DNA of 57,984 nucleotides from Candidatus Jorgensenbacteria bacterium RIFCSPLOWO2_01_FULL_45_25b (GCA_001781035.1 MFKK01000037.1:1-57984), one strand, 5' to 3'. Numbered from the stretch's first letter, positions 45,739 through 54,187 are shown. Notes: generated from the sequence alone by a model not told the origin. Numbers and translations are program-made.

Positions 45739-47838
45739 ATGTTATACTATATGTTAATGAGGATTTTGAAGGACAATAGATTTTTATTTATTATCGTAGG
45801 CATTTTGCTTGTTGTGCCGTTTTCCGGTTTTGCCCAGTCTTTGGATTTGTCGTCAGTTATAAAACAGCTTCAAGAACAGATTGAGGCGTTGCAGAAGCAG
45901 GTTGTTTCACTGCAATCCCAGCTTCAAGTCGCGAAAGAAGAAATAGCGGAGGTAAAGACAGAATTAAAGCTTACTAATTCTCTCGTTCGTGGCTCATTTG
46001 GTGATGAAGTAAGAGCTTTGCAGGAGTTTTTGAAGCAGTTCCCAGATATTTACCCAAGCGGACTCGTAACTGGTTATTTTGGTCCGCAAACGGAACTGGC
46101 TGTCAAGAAGCTTCAGGAGAAACAAGGAATTGAGGCGGTCGGCATTGTCGGTCCCAAAACGCTTTCTAAAATTAACGAGCTTATTGCTTATGGAGCGGGC
46201 ACCTCGGGCGTGGTTCCGCCCGGACTTCTCATAGCTCCCGGTATTCAGGCGAAGCTCGCGACTACAACAATTTTGATTGTAAGTTCAACCTCACCAAACA
46301 CGACGACCACACTTCCTGTTGTTGCGCTCCCCTTACCTTTGCCAGTGACAAGTTCAACGTCTCCATTTTCCACAACGACGACGCCTGTGGTAACGCCGGC
46401 ACCTGTTGTGACTTCAACTCCCGCGCCAGCTACACCATCAATAGCGCCCGTTTTTTCTGTAGCTTCGCCGGCAAGTGGCGCGACGTGGAATAAGGGCAAC
46501 ACCTACAGTATTCAATGGTCTAATACCGGTTTGGTTGTTTCTAATGTTAGGATTAGTCTTTACAAAAATGGCGCGACTTATTCGTCTGACCCATTTATTG
46601 CCATTGATGTTCCCAATAGCGGGAGTTATAGCTGGCAGGTTTTTTCCTCGTTATCCGACGACTCAAATTATTCCGTGAGAGTTTTTAATTCCGCCTATCC
46701 GAATAATTGGGGAGATAGCGGTTTGTTTAGTATAATCGCGACTACGACAGCAACTACGGCAACGACTACTACGTCAACGGCAACTACGACAACAACCACT
46801 ACGGCTACAACAACTACTACAACCACTCCGATTATTACCGTTACCTATCCCAACGGAGGAGAGACGCTGGGATATTTGAGCTACGGCTTCTATTACAATT
46901 CAAGTAATGTTAGCAGAGTTGGTTTTAAGGTTCTTAAGGGTTCGCAGACTGTTTATGAGAGCACTACTCCGACCACAGCCGGAACGAGATTATCTTTTTC
47001 GCCGTTTCCCGATAACTCCGCGTGGTCCGCGTATCAATCGGGAAGTGATTATAAAATAAGAGTTTTTGATTGGGACAATTCAAGCGTGTATGACGACAGC
47101 AACAATTATTTTAGCGTAGACGTGACCGATCCCGTTGTTTCCAACCTCTCCGTTTCACTAATTACCGAGAACTCCGCCGTTATTACTTGGACAACCGATG
47201 AGCCCGCCAACTCGCAAGTAAATTATGGGAGCACATCCTCAAATTGGGCACTGACTCCCATAGATTACACTAAGGTTACCTCGCATTCCGTTACGCTTAC
47301 CGGTTTGACAAGCGGTACGCTTTATAAGTATAGAGTTATGTCAACGGACGACTTGGGAAATACAACTCAAACTCCAACATATCCTTCGGAGTACACGTTT
47401 ACGACTACCGCTATAGCCGCTTCTGTCACGATCACTTATCCCAATGGCGGAGAAACATGGGAAACGGGTCAAAACTACACTATTACTTGGAATTCAACTG
47501 GCAATATCAATGGCGTACTGTTATTTTTAGCCAATGAAGCAGGGCAGGTTTTTGTTACAAATTTAGTTAATGTCTACGGCAACCCCGGCAGCACTCAATG
47601 GGGCGTTTCTTCTTCTTTCTTAGGACGTTATAGAATATTAATCCACGGTTGCTCGGCTTTAAACTGCACGGTTGGCAATACTAAAAGCACTGAAAGCAGT
47701 GTTGCTAGCGATTTAAGTGATAGCTATTTTAATATAGTTTCCGCAACAAGTTCCGCAAACCTTGCCAATTCTAATTTGGCTTCACTTTTGGAATTACTTG
47801 CCTCGCTTCTTCAAAATCTTCAGCAGACGTTGAGATAG
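45739..47838 (+). CDS. Secreted surface protein: PG-binding domain, Thr/Ser-rich linkers, Ser-Thr-rich-like repeats and an Fn3-like domain
   Basis: Signal peptide; GDEVRALQEFL...GYFGPQTELAVKKLQ; repeated YPNGGET...W motif; AVITWTTDEPANSQVNYG. Confidence 0.7.
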   Translation: MLYYMLMRILKDNRFLFIIVGILLVVPFSGFAQSLDLSSVIKQLQEQIEALQKQVVSLQSQLQVAKEEIAEVKTELKLTNSLVRGSFGDEVRALQEFLKQFPDIYPSGLVTGYFGPQTELAVKKLQEKQGIEAVGIVGPKTLSKINELIAYGAGTSGVVPPGLLIAPGIQAKLATTTILIVSSTSPNTTTTLPVVALPLPLPVTSSTSPFSTTTTPVVTPAPVVTSTPAPATPSIAPVFSVASPASGATWNKGNTYSIQWSNTGLVVSNVRISLYKNGATYSSDPFIAIDVPNSGSYSWQVFSSLSDDSNYSVRVFNSAYPNNWGDSGLFSIIATTTATTATTTTSTATTTTTTTATTTTTTTPIITVTYPNGGETLGYLSYGFYYNSSNVSRVGFKVLKGSQTVYESTTPTTAGTRLSFSPFPDNSAWSAYQSGSDYKIRVFDWDNSSVYDDSNNYFSVDVTDPVVSNLSVSLITENSAVITWTTDEPANSQVNYGSTSSNWALTPIDYTKVTSHSVTLTGLTSGTLYKYRVMSTDDLGNTTQTPTYPSEYTFTTTAIAASVTITYPNGGETWETGQNYTITWNSTGNINGVLLFLANEAGQVFVTNLVNVYGNPGSTQWGVSSSFLGRYRILIHGCSALNCTVGNTKSTESSVASDLSDSYFNIVSATSSANLANSNLASLLELLASLLQNLQQTLR

Positions 47839-47980
47839 CTTGTTTTTGAAACTTATTTCTTAGGAATTCCTCCTCCTCTTCCGTCCCGCTAAGCGGGACT
47901 TTTTCGGAGTCACGGACTTTTCTTTCTCCCCGTTAAGTGGGACGGAAAAGTTCCGTTCAAAACCCTTTTCCAGCATAGTA

Positions 47981-48023
47981 AATACAAAACAAGCGTATCC
48001 TTGTGATACGCTTGTTTTGTATT
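47981..48023 (+). terminator. 19-bp-stem hairpin terminator
   Basis: aatacaaaacaagcgtatc-cttgt-gatacgcttgttttgtatt. Confidence 0.7.
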
Positions 48024-48324
48024 GGCTAGGGGTGCTGGACGAAGTTAGAACCCTTCTCCTGCAAGGAAAATCGTCTTTTTCATACAGCTTTGTTCTTTGA
48101 TTTTACCGTATTGCAGGATTCAGTAGTAATTGCCATCGACAGGACTTGAACCCGCAACTATTGACTTTTTTTGACAGTTGCTATAATTATGGTGTTCATT
48201 GAAAATCAATGAGGCGAGCATTTTGGACGCCAAATACTTGGTTTCTAAAGTGCTCGTCTCAATTTCTGAGACGGCCGTAGTCCCGCACGATGCGGGATAA
48301 TTCCAAACCATAAGGAGGTGTGCG

Positions 48325-49077
48325 ATGAGAAAGTCGCATACTGCTGGTTGGGCCTCGGATGCCCCGACGCCTGCCCAGCTCAAAGAGCTGTTTTCCCAGA
48401 TTGCGAGCGGCCGTATCAACAAGCGGCGGCTCCAGACCTTCCTGCGAAGCGGGATGGTTTTCAAGAACGAGGAGATTGCTCGCCTGATTCTTGGAGACGA
48501 CATCGTCTTCCCAGACGAAGTCGCTGAGAGTCGCGGGCTCTCCTACACCGACGCCCAGCTCAAGCACTTTGCGGAGATGATGCCTTCGGAGGAGGTGCTT
48601 CGCTGGTGCAAGACCAACGGCTACGCCATTGTAGCGGGGCCCCCGTCGCCGATGGGACTACTAGAGGTTCGAACTTTCAAGTCCGAACACTTTTACTCGA
48701 AGGGTGGCGGGTGGTATGGGGGGGGTCACGCCTTCGGCAACGGCGACAGGGCCGAGACCGAGTGGCTCGCCATCCGCAAGGAGCCCGTTCCGAACTCTCT
48801 CAATCAGAGCTGGAGCGAGCAACTGCGGCTTCTTTCGAAGGACGAGCAAGTTCCGAACACTGGCGAGATGAGCTGGTTCATCACGACCTTCTACGAGGTG
48901 CGTGGCGTGCGGCTCTTCGAGGAGGTCTATGTTCGGACCTCCTCTGTCACTTCGGGCGGCAGCCGTGTCCTTGTCGGCCGCTTCGACGAGGTCGGGCTCT
49001 ATGTCAGCGGCTGCTGGGACGGCGGCCGCCGCTACAGCTTCGGTTTGGCCGCCTCTCGGAAAAGTTCTGAACCTTGA
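48325..49077 (+). CDS. DGR variable (target) protein with C-terminal VR
   Basis: Strong SD aaggagg. It is GC-rich, and the C-terminus RVLVGRFDEVGLYVSGCWDGGRRYSFGLAASR aligns to the TR translation. Confidence 0.85.
   Translation: MRKSHTAGWASDAPTPAQLKELFSQIASGRINKRRLQTFLRSGMVFKNEEIARLILGDDIVFPDEVAESRGLSYTDAQLKHFAEMMPSEEVLRWCKTNGYAIVAGPPSPMGLLEVRTFKSEHFYSKGGGWYGGGHAFGNGDRAETEWLAIRKEPVPNSLNQSWSEQLRLLSKDEQVPNTGEMSWFITTFYEVRGVRLFEEVYVRTSSVTSGGSRVLVGRFDEVGLYVSGCWDGGRRYSFGLAASRKSSEP
48946..49059 (+). repeat. DGR variable repeat (VR)
   Basis: 114 nt aligning gap-free to 49427-49540, with 20 differences, all where TR has A. Confidence 0.9.
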
Positions 49078-49108
49078 AGTCTTGAGGGCTTGACCCTCTT
49101 GAATACTT

Positions 49109-49142
49109 GAGCTTCCGTCCGATTTTTTTTCGGCGGAAGCTC
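49109..49142 (+). terminator. Hairpin/terminator downstream of VR
   Basis: gagcttccg...cggaagctc with an inner tccga-T7-tcgg, followed by a T-run. Confidence 0.7.
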
Positions 49143-49426
49143 TTTTCTTTTGTTTTTCAAAAAGTTATTCTGTAAATGTTCTGCTAATGCAGGTGCGGCT
49201 ACGGTTTCACCTCGCAGGACATCCCATCTTTGAGATTTCACCAGAGTATCGTCGCCTACGGGTTACGATAGCGCGTGAACCAGACGGAGATAGAACTTCT
49301 TGCTCATCTTTAGTGGAGATAGCGAAAACATCGCTTGCTCCCGAATAAAATACAGGAAAGAGAGGATATAAGCCTTTGGCAGTAAACCTCAATTTCCAGT
49401 GCCACGGACGAGGATGGGCAAACCAT

Positions 49427-49540
49427 GTCACTTCGGACGGCAACCGTGTCAATGTCGGCAACTTCGACGAGAACGGGCTCAATGTCAACAACTACTGGGA
49501 CGACAACCGCAACTACAACATCGGTTTGGCCGCCTCTCGG
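49427..49540 (+). repeat. DGR template repeat (TR)
   Basis: Adenine-rich (AAC codons) counterpart of VR. Confidence 0.9.
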
Positions 49541-49590
49541 CAGTCATTCTCCGTCAATGTGAAATACCCTCGGAAAGGAGGGTATTTCAT

Positions 49591-49941
49591 TTAACGCTCT
49601 TTAGTTGACCTAATCCAACCACCAAGCTGTCTTCCGATTTCATCAACCGTCTCCTGCCACTTAATGTATTTGTTGACATCAATAACTTTTACTTCTTTAC
49701 AAAGCCGTAAGAACACTCGCAGAAAGTTTAGTTTGACGCTGGTTTTTTCTAACACGGGTAGTTTTTCGGTCTTTGAAAGCTGACTTGCCCAAAGCAAATT
49801 TTCCAATACATCTAAAGTAATGTTTTCGCATCTCTGCCAAAGCGTGTGGCGGTCTTGTTTCTTAACATTGTTTCGGTAAGCATAAAACTCCTTATACAGC
49901 TCGTAAGTTATTTTGAAAATTGGTATATCAAAATCATCCAT
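49591..49941 (-). CDS. avd: Four-helix-bundle protein, Avd-like (accessory variability determinant)
   Basis: 116 aa with a helical pattern ending ...DEIGRQLGGWIRS, typical of the 23S-rRNA-IVS/Avd family. It lies next to TR and RT. Confidence 0.7.
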   Translation of the reverse strand: MDDFDIPIFKITYELYKEFYAYRNNVKKQDRHTLWQRCENITLDVLENLLWASQLSKTEKLPVLEKTSVKLNFLRVFLRLCKEVKVIDVNKYIKWQETVDEIGRQLGGWIRSTKER

Positions 49942-49944
49942 ATT

Positions 49945-50994
49945 ATGAAAATCTATAAAAATGTTTTTGAAAAAATCATCTCACTGGAAAATCTGTTTTC
50001 GGCGTGGGATAAGTTTAGTAGCGATAAAAAGAAAAAACGGGATGTTGTTGAGTTTGAATGGGAGCTTGAGCAAAACATTTTTCAGCTTCATCGGGATTTG
50101 AAAAATAAAAAGTATAAGCACGAAACATATACTTCGTTTTATATTCAAGACCCCAAACAGAGGCACATTCACAAAGCTATAGTCAGAGATCGAGTGCTCC
50201 ATCACGCAATTTTCAGCGTGTTGAATCCTATTTTTGAGCCGACATTTATCGCACATTCGTTGTCGTGTCGTGTCGGCAAAGGAACGCATAAAGGAGTAGA
50301 TATTTTGGGCAGCATAACGAAGGCAGTCAGCCACAACATTCATAAGTCTTGTTTCGCTCTTAAATGCGACATTAAGAAATTTTTTGGGACAGTTGACCAT
50401 GCTATCCTTATGACCCTGCTTACAAAACGAATCAAAGACGCCGATGTGATGCTGGTTCTTAAAGAAATCGTAGAGAGTTTCAAATCCGAATACTCTAATC
50501 TTTTTCAAGCAAAGGGACTGCCCATCGGTAATTTGACTTCCCAGCTTTTTGCTAATATCTATCTCAACGAGTTTGACCAATTTGTTAAACATCGCTTGAA
50601 GATTGAAAATTACGTTCGTTATACGGACGACTTCGTAATAATTTCTGACAGCAAAACTTTTCTTGAAAATCTTATTGAACCAATCAGAAAATTTTTGCAC
50701 GATAGGCTGGCTTTGGAACTTCATCCCAGAAAAGTCAGTATCCGCAAATTGCACTGGGGCGTAGATTTTCTCGGCTATATTGTTCTCCCACACCATCGCT
50801 TGTTGCGGAGAAAAACTAAACAACGAATTTTGAGGAAACTGCATAAAAGAGTTTCTGAATACAAAAGCGGTATTATTACGAAACAAACACTGGAACAATC
50901 TCTCCAGTCTTATCTCGGTGTTCTTTCTCATGCGAATACTCATAAATTTGGCGATGAATTAAAAAATCAATTCTGGTTTTGGTTAAGTGAATAA
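49945..50994 (+). CDS. DGR-type reverse transcriptase
   Basis: IGNLTSQLFANIYLNEFD (the [LIV]GxxxSQ hallmark) and YVRYTDDFVII (YxDD). Confidence 0.9.
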   Translation: MKIYKNVFEKIISLENLFSAWDKFSSDKKKKRDVVEFEWELEQNIFQLHRDLKNKKYKHETYTSFYIQDPKQRHIHKAIVRDRVLHHAIFSVLNPIFEPTFIAHSLSCRVGKGTHKGVDILGSITKAVSHNIHKSCFALKCDIKKFFGTVDHAILMTLLTKRIKDADVMLVLKEIVESFKSEYSNLFQAKGLPIGNLTSQLFANIYLNEFDQFVKHRLKIENYVRYTDDFVIISDSKTFLENLIEPIRKFLHDRLALELHPRKVSIRKLHWGVDFLGYIVLPHHRLLRRKTKQRILRKLHKRVSEYKSGIITKQTLEQSLQSYLGVLSHANTHKFGDELKNQFWFWLSE

Positions 50995-51205
50995 AGTTAC
51001 TCCACGCCTCAACTCACTATTGTTTAGAATTACCAGAAGCCAAATTTGTTGCTGGTGGTTGGGGTTTCTTAACTTCTAACGAGTTTCTGAACCTTTGCCA
51101 CCAGCGACAAATGAAGCTCGTAAAATTGCCGCAAGGTTAGAGCCTGCGAAAAAGCCAGTGAATAAAAAGAAAATCGGGCAATTGTATGCCCGAAGTCCAG
51201 TAATG

Positions 51206-51276
51206 CTGCCGGGCAGGGATTCGAACCCCGGTACTCGCCTCCAAAGGGCGATGTCCTACCGCTAGACGACCCGGCA
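51206..51276 (-). tRNA. tRNA-Gln (anticodon TTG)
   Basis: U1-A72 acceptor TGCCGGG/CCCGGCA, D arm GTCT-AGCGGTA-GGAC, anticodon loop CTTTGGA, T loop TTCGAAT, discriminator G. Confidence 0.85.
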
Positions 51277-51315
51277 ATAAGTTCTTTTTACCATGTTTTT
51301 TTGATTTTGGGAATT

Positions 51316-52464
51316 TTAAGCGGTTTTTTGGTTTAGACTTTCAATCAGAGCAATTTCTAGCGGGATAATGGGGAAGTTACTGTATCTCATCTGACCGTAC
51401 GCTTTCAGGAGATTTTTTAGGGTTTCAATGTGGGAGTTTTTGAAAAGTTTGGAGTGTCCCTTAATTTTTTGGAGGTGCTCTCCGACGAGTTCGTTTTCAA
51501 GATGAACGGACATCATCGGGTCAAACTTAAGAACCGCCGTGTTGCGGAAGTGAATGATGAGGTCTTTGGTTAGCTGGACGAGATTCGTTCCCTCCTCCGC
51601 TATGTTTGAAAGATAATCAAGCGTTCCTTCTAGCTCCCCTTTCAGGATTTTTTCCGCGAAGTTCGCTATTTTATGAAAGCCTACTTTGCCGAGCGTGCTT
51701 TCAATCGCTTCTGTTGTGATTTCGTTTCCTTTTAGGCTAATCATCTGGTCAAGAAGGGATTCGGCGTCGCGGAAGCTTCCTTCGCCGGAGGAGGCGATCA
51801 GCTCAAGCGCGTCATCGGATATTTTTATTTTTTCCGCGCTCGCGATTTTCTTTAACTTCTCAATGATTATTTTCAGCGTCGGGTGTTTGAACTGGAACTT
51901 TTGCGTGCGGGAGGCGATTGTCGCGGGAATTTTTTCTATTTCGGTTGTCGCGAGAATGATGATGACATACGAGGGGGGCTCTTCCAGCGTTTTCAAAAGA
52001 GCGTTCGCGGCTTCTTTGGTAAGCTGATGCGCTTCGTCAATGATAAAAACCTTGTGTTTTAAAACAGAGGGCGAGACGCGGACGTGTTCTTTTAGAGCGC
52101 GCATCTCATCTATGCCTCTGTTTGAGGCGGCATCAATTTCAATGACGTCCAATGCGTTTCCGATATCAATAGATTTGCAGGCGTGGCAGGCGTTGCACGG
52201 CTCACTCCCGACGCTACGGTTGGGATTTTGACCCCCTTTGGACATCGGAGCCTCCGCTAATTGTTTTTGGCGCGCTTCACAGTTCGCGATTTTCGCGATA
52301 AGGCGGGCAATTGTTGTCTTCCCCGTACCGCGGGGGCCCGAAAAGAGATAGGCATGGGCGATTCTATCTTGGCGCGCGGCTTCCTGTAGAATTCGCACGA
52401 TGACTTCGTGGCCGATGAGATCGGCGAAAGTGGCGGGGCGATATTTTCTGTATAAAGCTAACAT
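51316..52464 (-). CDS. dnaX: DNA polymerase III subunit gamma/tau
   Basis: LYRKYRPATFADLIGHE, GPRGTGKTT, IDEAHQLT and the zinc module CNACHAC. Confidence 0.9.
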   Translation of the reverse strand: MLALYRKYRPATFADLIGHEVIVRILQEAARQDRIAHAYLFSGPRGTGKTTIARLIAKIANCEARQKQLAEAPMSKGGQNPNRSVGSEPCNACHACKSIDIGNALDVIEIDAASNRGIDEMRALKEHVRVSPSVLKHKVFIIDEAHQLTKEAANALLKTLEEPPSYVIIILATTEIEKIPATIASRTQKFQFKHPTLKIIIEKLKKIASAEKIKISDDALELIASSGEGSFRDAESLLDQMISLKGNEITTEAIESTLGKVGFHKIANFAEKILKGELEGTLDYLSNIAEEGTNLVQLTKDLIIHFRNTAVLKFDPMMSVHLENELVGEHLQKIKGHSKLFKNSHIETLKNLLKAYGQMRYSNFPIIPLEIALIESLNQKTA

Positions 52465-52533
52465 GATGTAAATATAGCCCAGAAAATAGTAAAAAAGAAG
52501 CGGGCTCAATTATATTCTTCCCATTTTTTCATT

Positions 52534-52563
52534 ACGCTTCACTGTACTAGTACGGTGAAGCGT
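52534..52563. repeat. Palindrome family P2, copy 1
   Basis: acgcttcactgtactagtacggtgaagcgt. Confidence 0.8.
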
Positions 52564-52596
52564 GAGAGTTTACGCGCTTTTTAAGCGCGTGCGTGA

Positions 52597-53199
52597 ATGT
52601 TCCGCCGGCGTTATACTGTTGTTGTGAGGAAGATGTTGGTGATATGCATGATGTTGGTTTTAAGCGCTGGAGCTTATTATGTTTGGAGCGCAAGGTTGGT
52701 TGATGAGAACGTGAGATATGAGAAACAAGATATGGGAACATTATTATTAACAAGTCTGGTTTTTGAACACAATGGGGTGATTCCCGCGAAATATACCTGT
52801 GACGGGGACGATATAAATCCACCACTTGAGATTTCCGGCGCGCCGGAAAAGGCGAAGAGTTTGGTTTTGATTATGGACGATCCGGACGTGCCGAAAAATT
52901 TGCGGGCGGACGGAATGTGGGTTCATTGGGTTGTATTTAATATTCCGCCAGATGTTGCCAAGATTTCGGAGAATACGAAGGCTTTCGGTGTGTATGGGAA
53001 GGGTACGAGCGGTGAGATGGGGTATCAAGGGCCCTGCCCGCCGGATAGGGAGCATCGGTATTTTTTTAAGGTTTACGCTTTAGATGTGATTCTTGATTTG
53101 AAGGCTGGCGCGATGAAAGAGGAGGTTGAGACTGCTATGAACGGGCATGTTTTAGATAAGGCAGAGTTTGTTGGTCTGTATGAGAGAGCGACTCACTAA
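52597..53199 (+). CDS. YbhB/YbcL (PEBP/Raf-kinase-inhibitor-like) family protein
   Basis: IPAKYTCDGDDINPPL, MDDPD, WVHWVVFNIP and CPPDREHRYFFKVYALD motifs. An alternative start is at 52633. Confidence 0.8.
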   Translation: MFRRRYTVVVRKMLVICMMLVLSAGAYYVWSARLVDENVRYEKQDMGTLLLTSLVFEHNGVIPAKYTCDGDDINPPLEISGAPEKAKSLVLIMDDPDVPKNLRADGMWVHWVVFNIPPDVAKISENTKAFGVYGKGTSGEMGYQGPCPPDREHRYFFKVYALDVILDLKAGAMKEEVETAMNGHVLDKAEFVGLYERATH

Positions 53200-53226
53200 C
53201 ACCTCTTTGTTTATTTTTTATGGGAA

Positions 53227-53266
53227 AAGAACATTCCAACATTCTCAAGAATGTTGGAATGTTCTT
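53227..53266. repeat. Palindrome family P3, copy 2
   Basis: aagaacattccaacattctcaagaatgttggaatgttctt. Confidence 0.8.
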
Positions 53267-53407
53267 GGGGAATGTTTGATGGGTATTTGTCGTTTTTATG
53301 TTTGAGATTTGTGTATGATTCAATGGCATTAGTGGAATGTATGAATGCTAATTGTGAATTTTTAAATCGCAATAATAAACCCGCGTTACATAAACGCGAG
53401 TGGGTTT

Positions 53408-53485
53408 CTAGTTCGTGAGCCAAGTATTGACTGCCACTATCACGGCTGGCAGTAAGAGTAGTGCCAGCCAACCCAATTTTTTCAT
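53408..53485 (-). CDS. 25-aa hydrophobic peptide (candidate small ORF)
   Basis: SD gggaggtga lies 6 nt before the ATG. The peptide is MKKLGWLALLLLPAVIVAVNTWLTN and a hairpin follows the stop. Confidence 0.35.
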   Translation of the reverse strand: MKKLGWLALLLLPAVIVAVNTWLTN

Positions 53486-53520
53486 GGTCATCACCTCCCT
53501 TCTATTTGAATGTTACTACA

Positions 53521-53928
53521 ATGAATTTTTTTGGTAAATATGAGTGGACAAGGCACGCGAGCATGAAGATGCGGTATTATGGTTTGAGTGAGCAGAGAGT
53601 GATACGGGTGATACGCGCGCCATTTAGATGTGAGGAGGGGGTGTTGGAGAAGGCGATTGCCGTGATGCAACCCAACAAGGTGATAAAGACGGAGAGGGGA
53701 AGGCCGGTGGAGTGGAGGGAGGAGATTTGGGCGATGTATCTCCTTGCTGACGAGCGAGGAGATTTGAAATCCGATCCGCTAGCTGGCGGACGAAATACGA
53801 AACTTGCGAATTTTGGAATTTCGGACAAGAAAATTAAAATTATTACGGTGTGGCGCTATCCTGGGACGAGTAAGGAGAGAGACCCAATTCCCGCCGATAT
53901 TATTCAAGAGTTACGAAGTTTGTTGTAG
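53521..53928 (+). CDS. Hypothetical protein
   Basis: ORF trimmed to ATG 53521 (MNFFGKYEWTRHA...). No family recognised. Confidence 0.5.
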   Translation: MNFFGKYEWTRHASMKMRYYGLSEQRVIRVIRAPFRCEEGVLEKAIAVMQPNKVIKTERGRPVEWREEIWAMYLLADERGDLKSDPLAGGRNTKLANFGISDKKIKIITVWRYPGTSKERDPIPADIIQELRSLL

Positions 53929-53975
53929 TTTTGTTTCTTTTGTTTTCTGTATGTGTTGTGGTGTTGTATTATTGT

Positions 53976-53997
53976 ATTACTGTACTAGTACGGTGAT
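53976..53997. repeat. Palindrome family P2, copy 2
   Basis: attactgtactagtacggtgat. Confidence 0.75.
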
Positions 53998-54071
53998 TAC
54001 AGAAGAGACTCTGATTAAAAAAATTTAAGGAAGGCGCGCGCCTTACTTAATTGGTTTGGCACCTGAGTGCC

Positions 54072-54161
54072 TTAACGCCCGACCCCTCCCAAAGGAAGGA
54101 GACAGAGCTTGCCTATTACCCAAACAGCGTAAAGAAAAAGGATGACAACAGATATCTTCAT
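54072..54161 (-). CDS. 29-aa hydrophobic peptide (candidate small ORF)
   Basis: SD aaggaggag lies 6 nt before the ATG. The peptide is MKISVVILFLYAVWVIGKLCLLPLGGVGR. Confidence 0.35.
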   Translation of the reverse strand: MKISVVILFLYAVWVIGKLCLLPLGGVGR

Positions 54162-54187
54162 CTTTTTCTCCTCCTTCTTGTTTGATT

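Larger units (their letters stand above)
48325..50994. mobile_element. Diversity-generating retroelement (target-VR, TR, avd, RT)
   Basis: VR/TR pair with adenine-specific mismatches, plus an Avd-like gene and a DGR-type RT. Confidence 0.9.

Noticed and set aside
46738-46835. Repetitive ACN-rich DNA (TTATTATTTTSTATTTTTTTATTTTTTT).
   Set aside because: It is a low-complexity Thr-rich linker inside the surface-protein ORF and not an independent repeat element.
48120-48170. tRNA T-arm-like sequence (ggttcaagtcc on the minus strand) upstream of the DGR target gene. It might be a tRNA remnant or att site.
   Set aside because: No acceptor, D or anticodon arms can be folded around it, and the T stem itself needs two G-U pairs. 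The evidence is insufficient.
49376-49594. 72-aa ORF (MAVNLNFQCHGRGWANHVTSDGNRVNVGNFDENGLNVNNYWDDNRNYNIGLAASRQ...).
   Set aside because: It is the translation of the DGR template repeat. The Asn-rich sequence reflects AAC codons of TR, which acts as RNA. There is no RBS and no independent support as a gene.
52195-52270. Extra segment of about 20 aa in DnaX (RQKQLAEAPMSKGGQNPNRSVGS) before the zinc module, considered as another in-frame repeat insertion.
   Set aside because: I could not match its nucleotide sequence to any other repeat copy in this window. It may simply be lineage-specific loop sequence.
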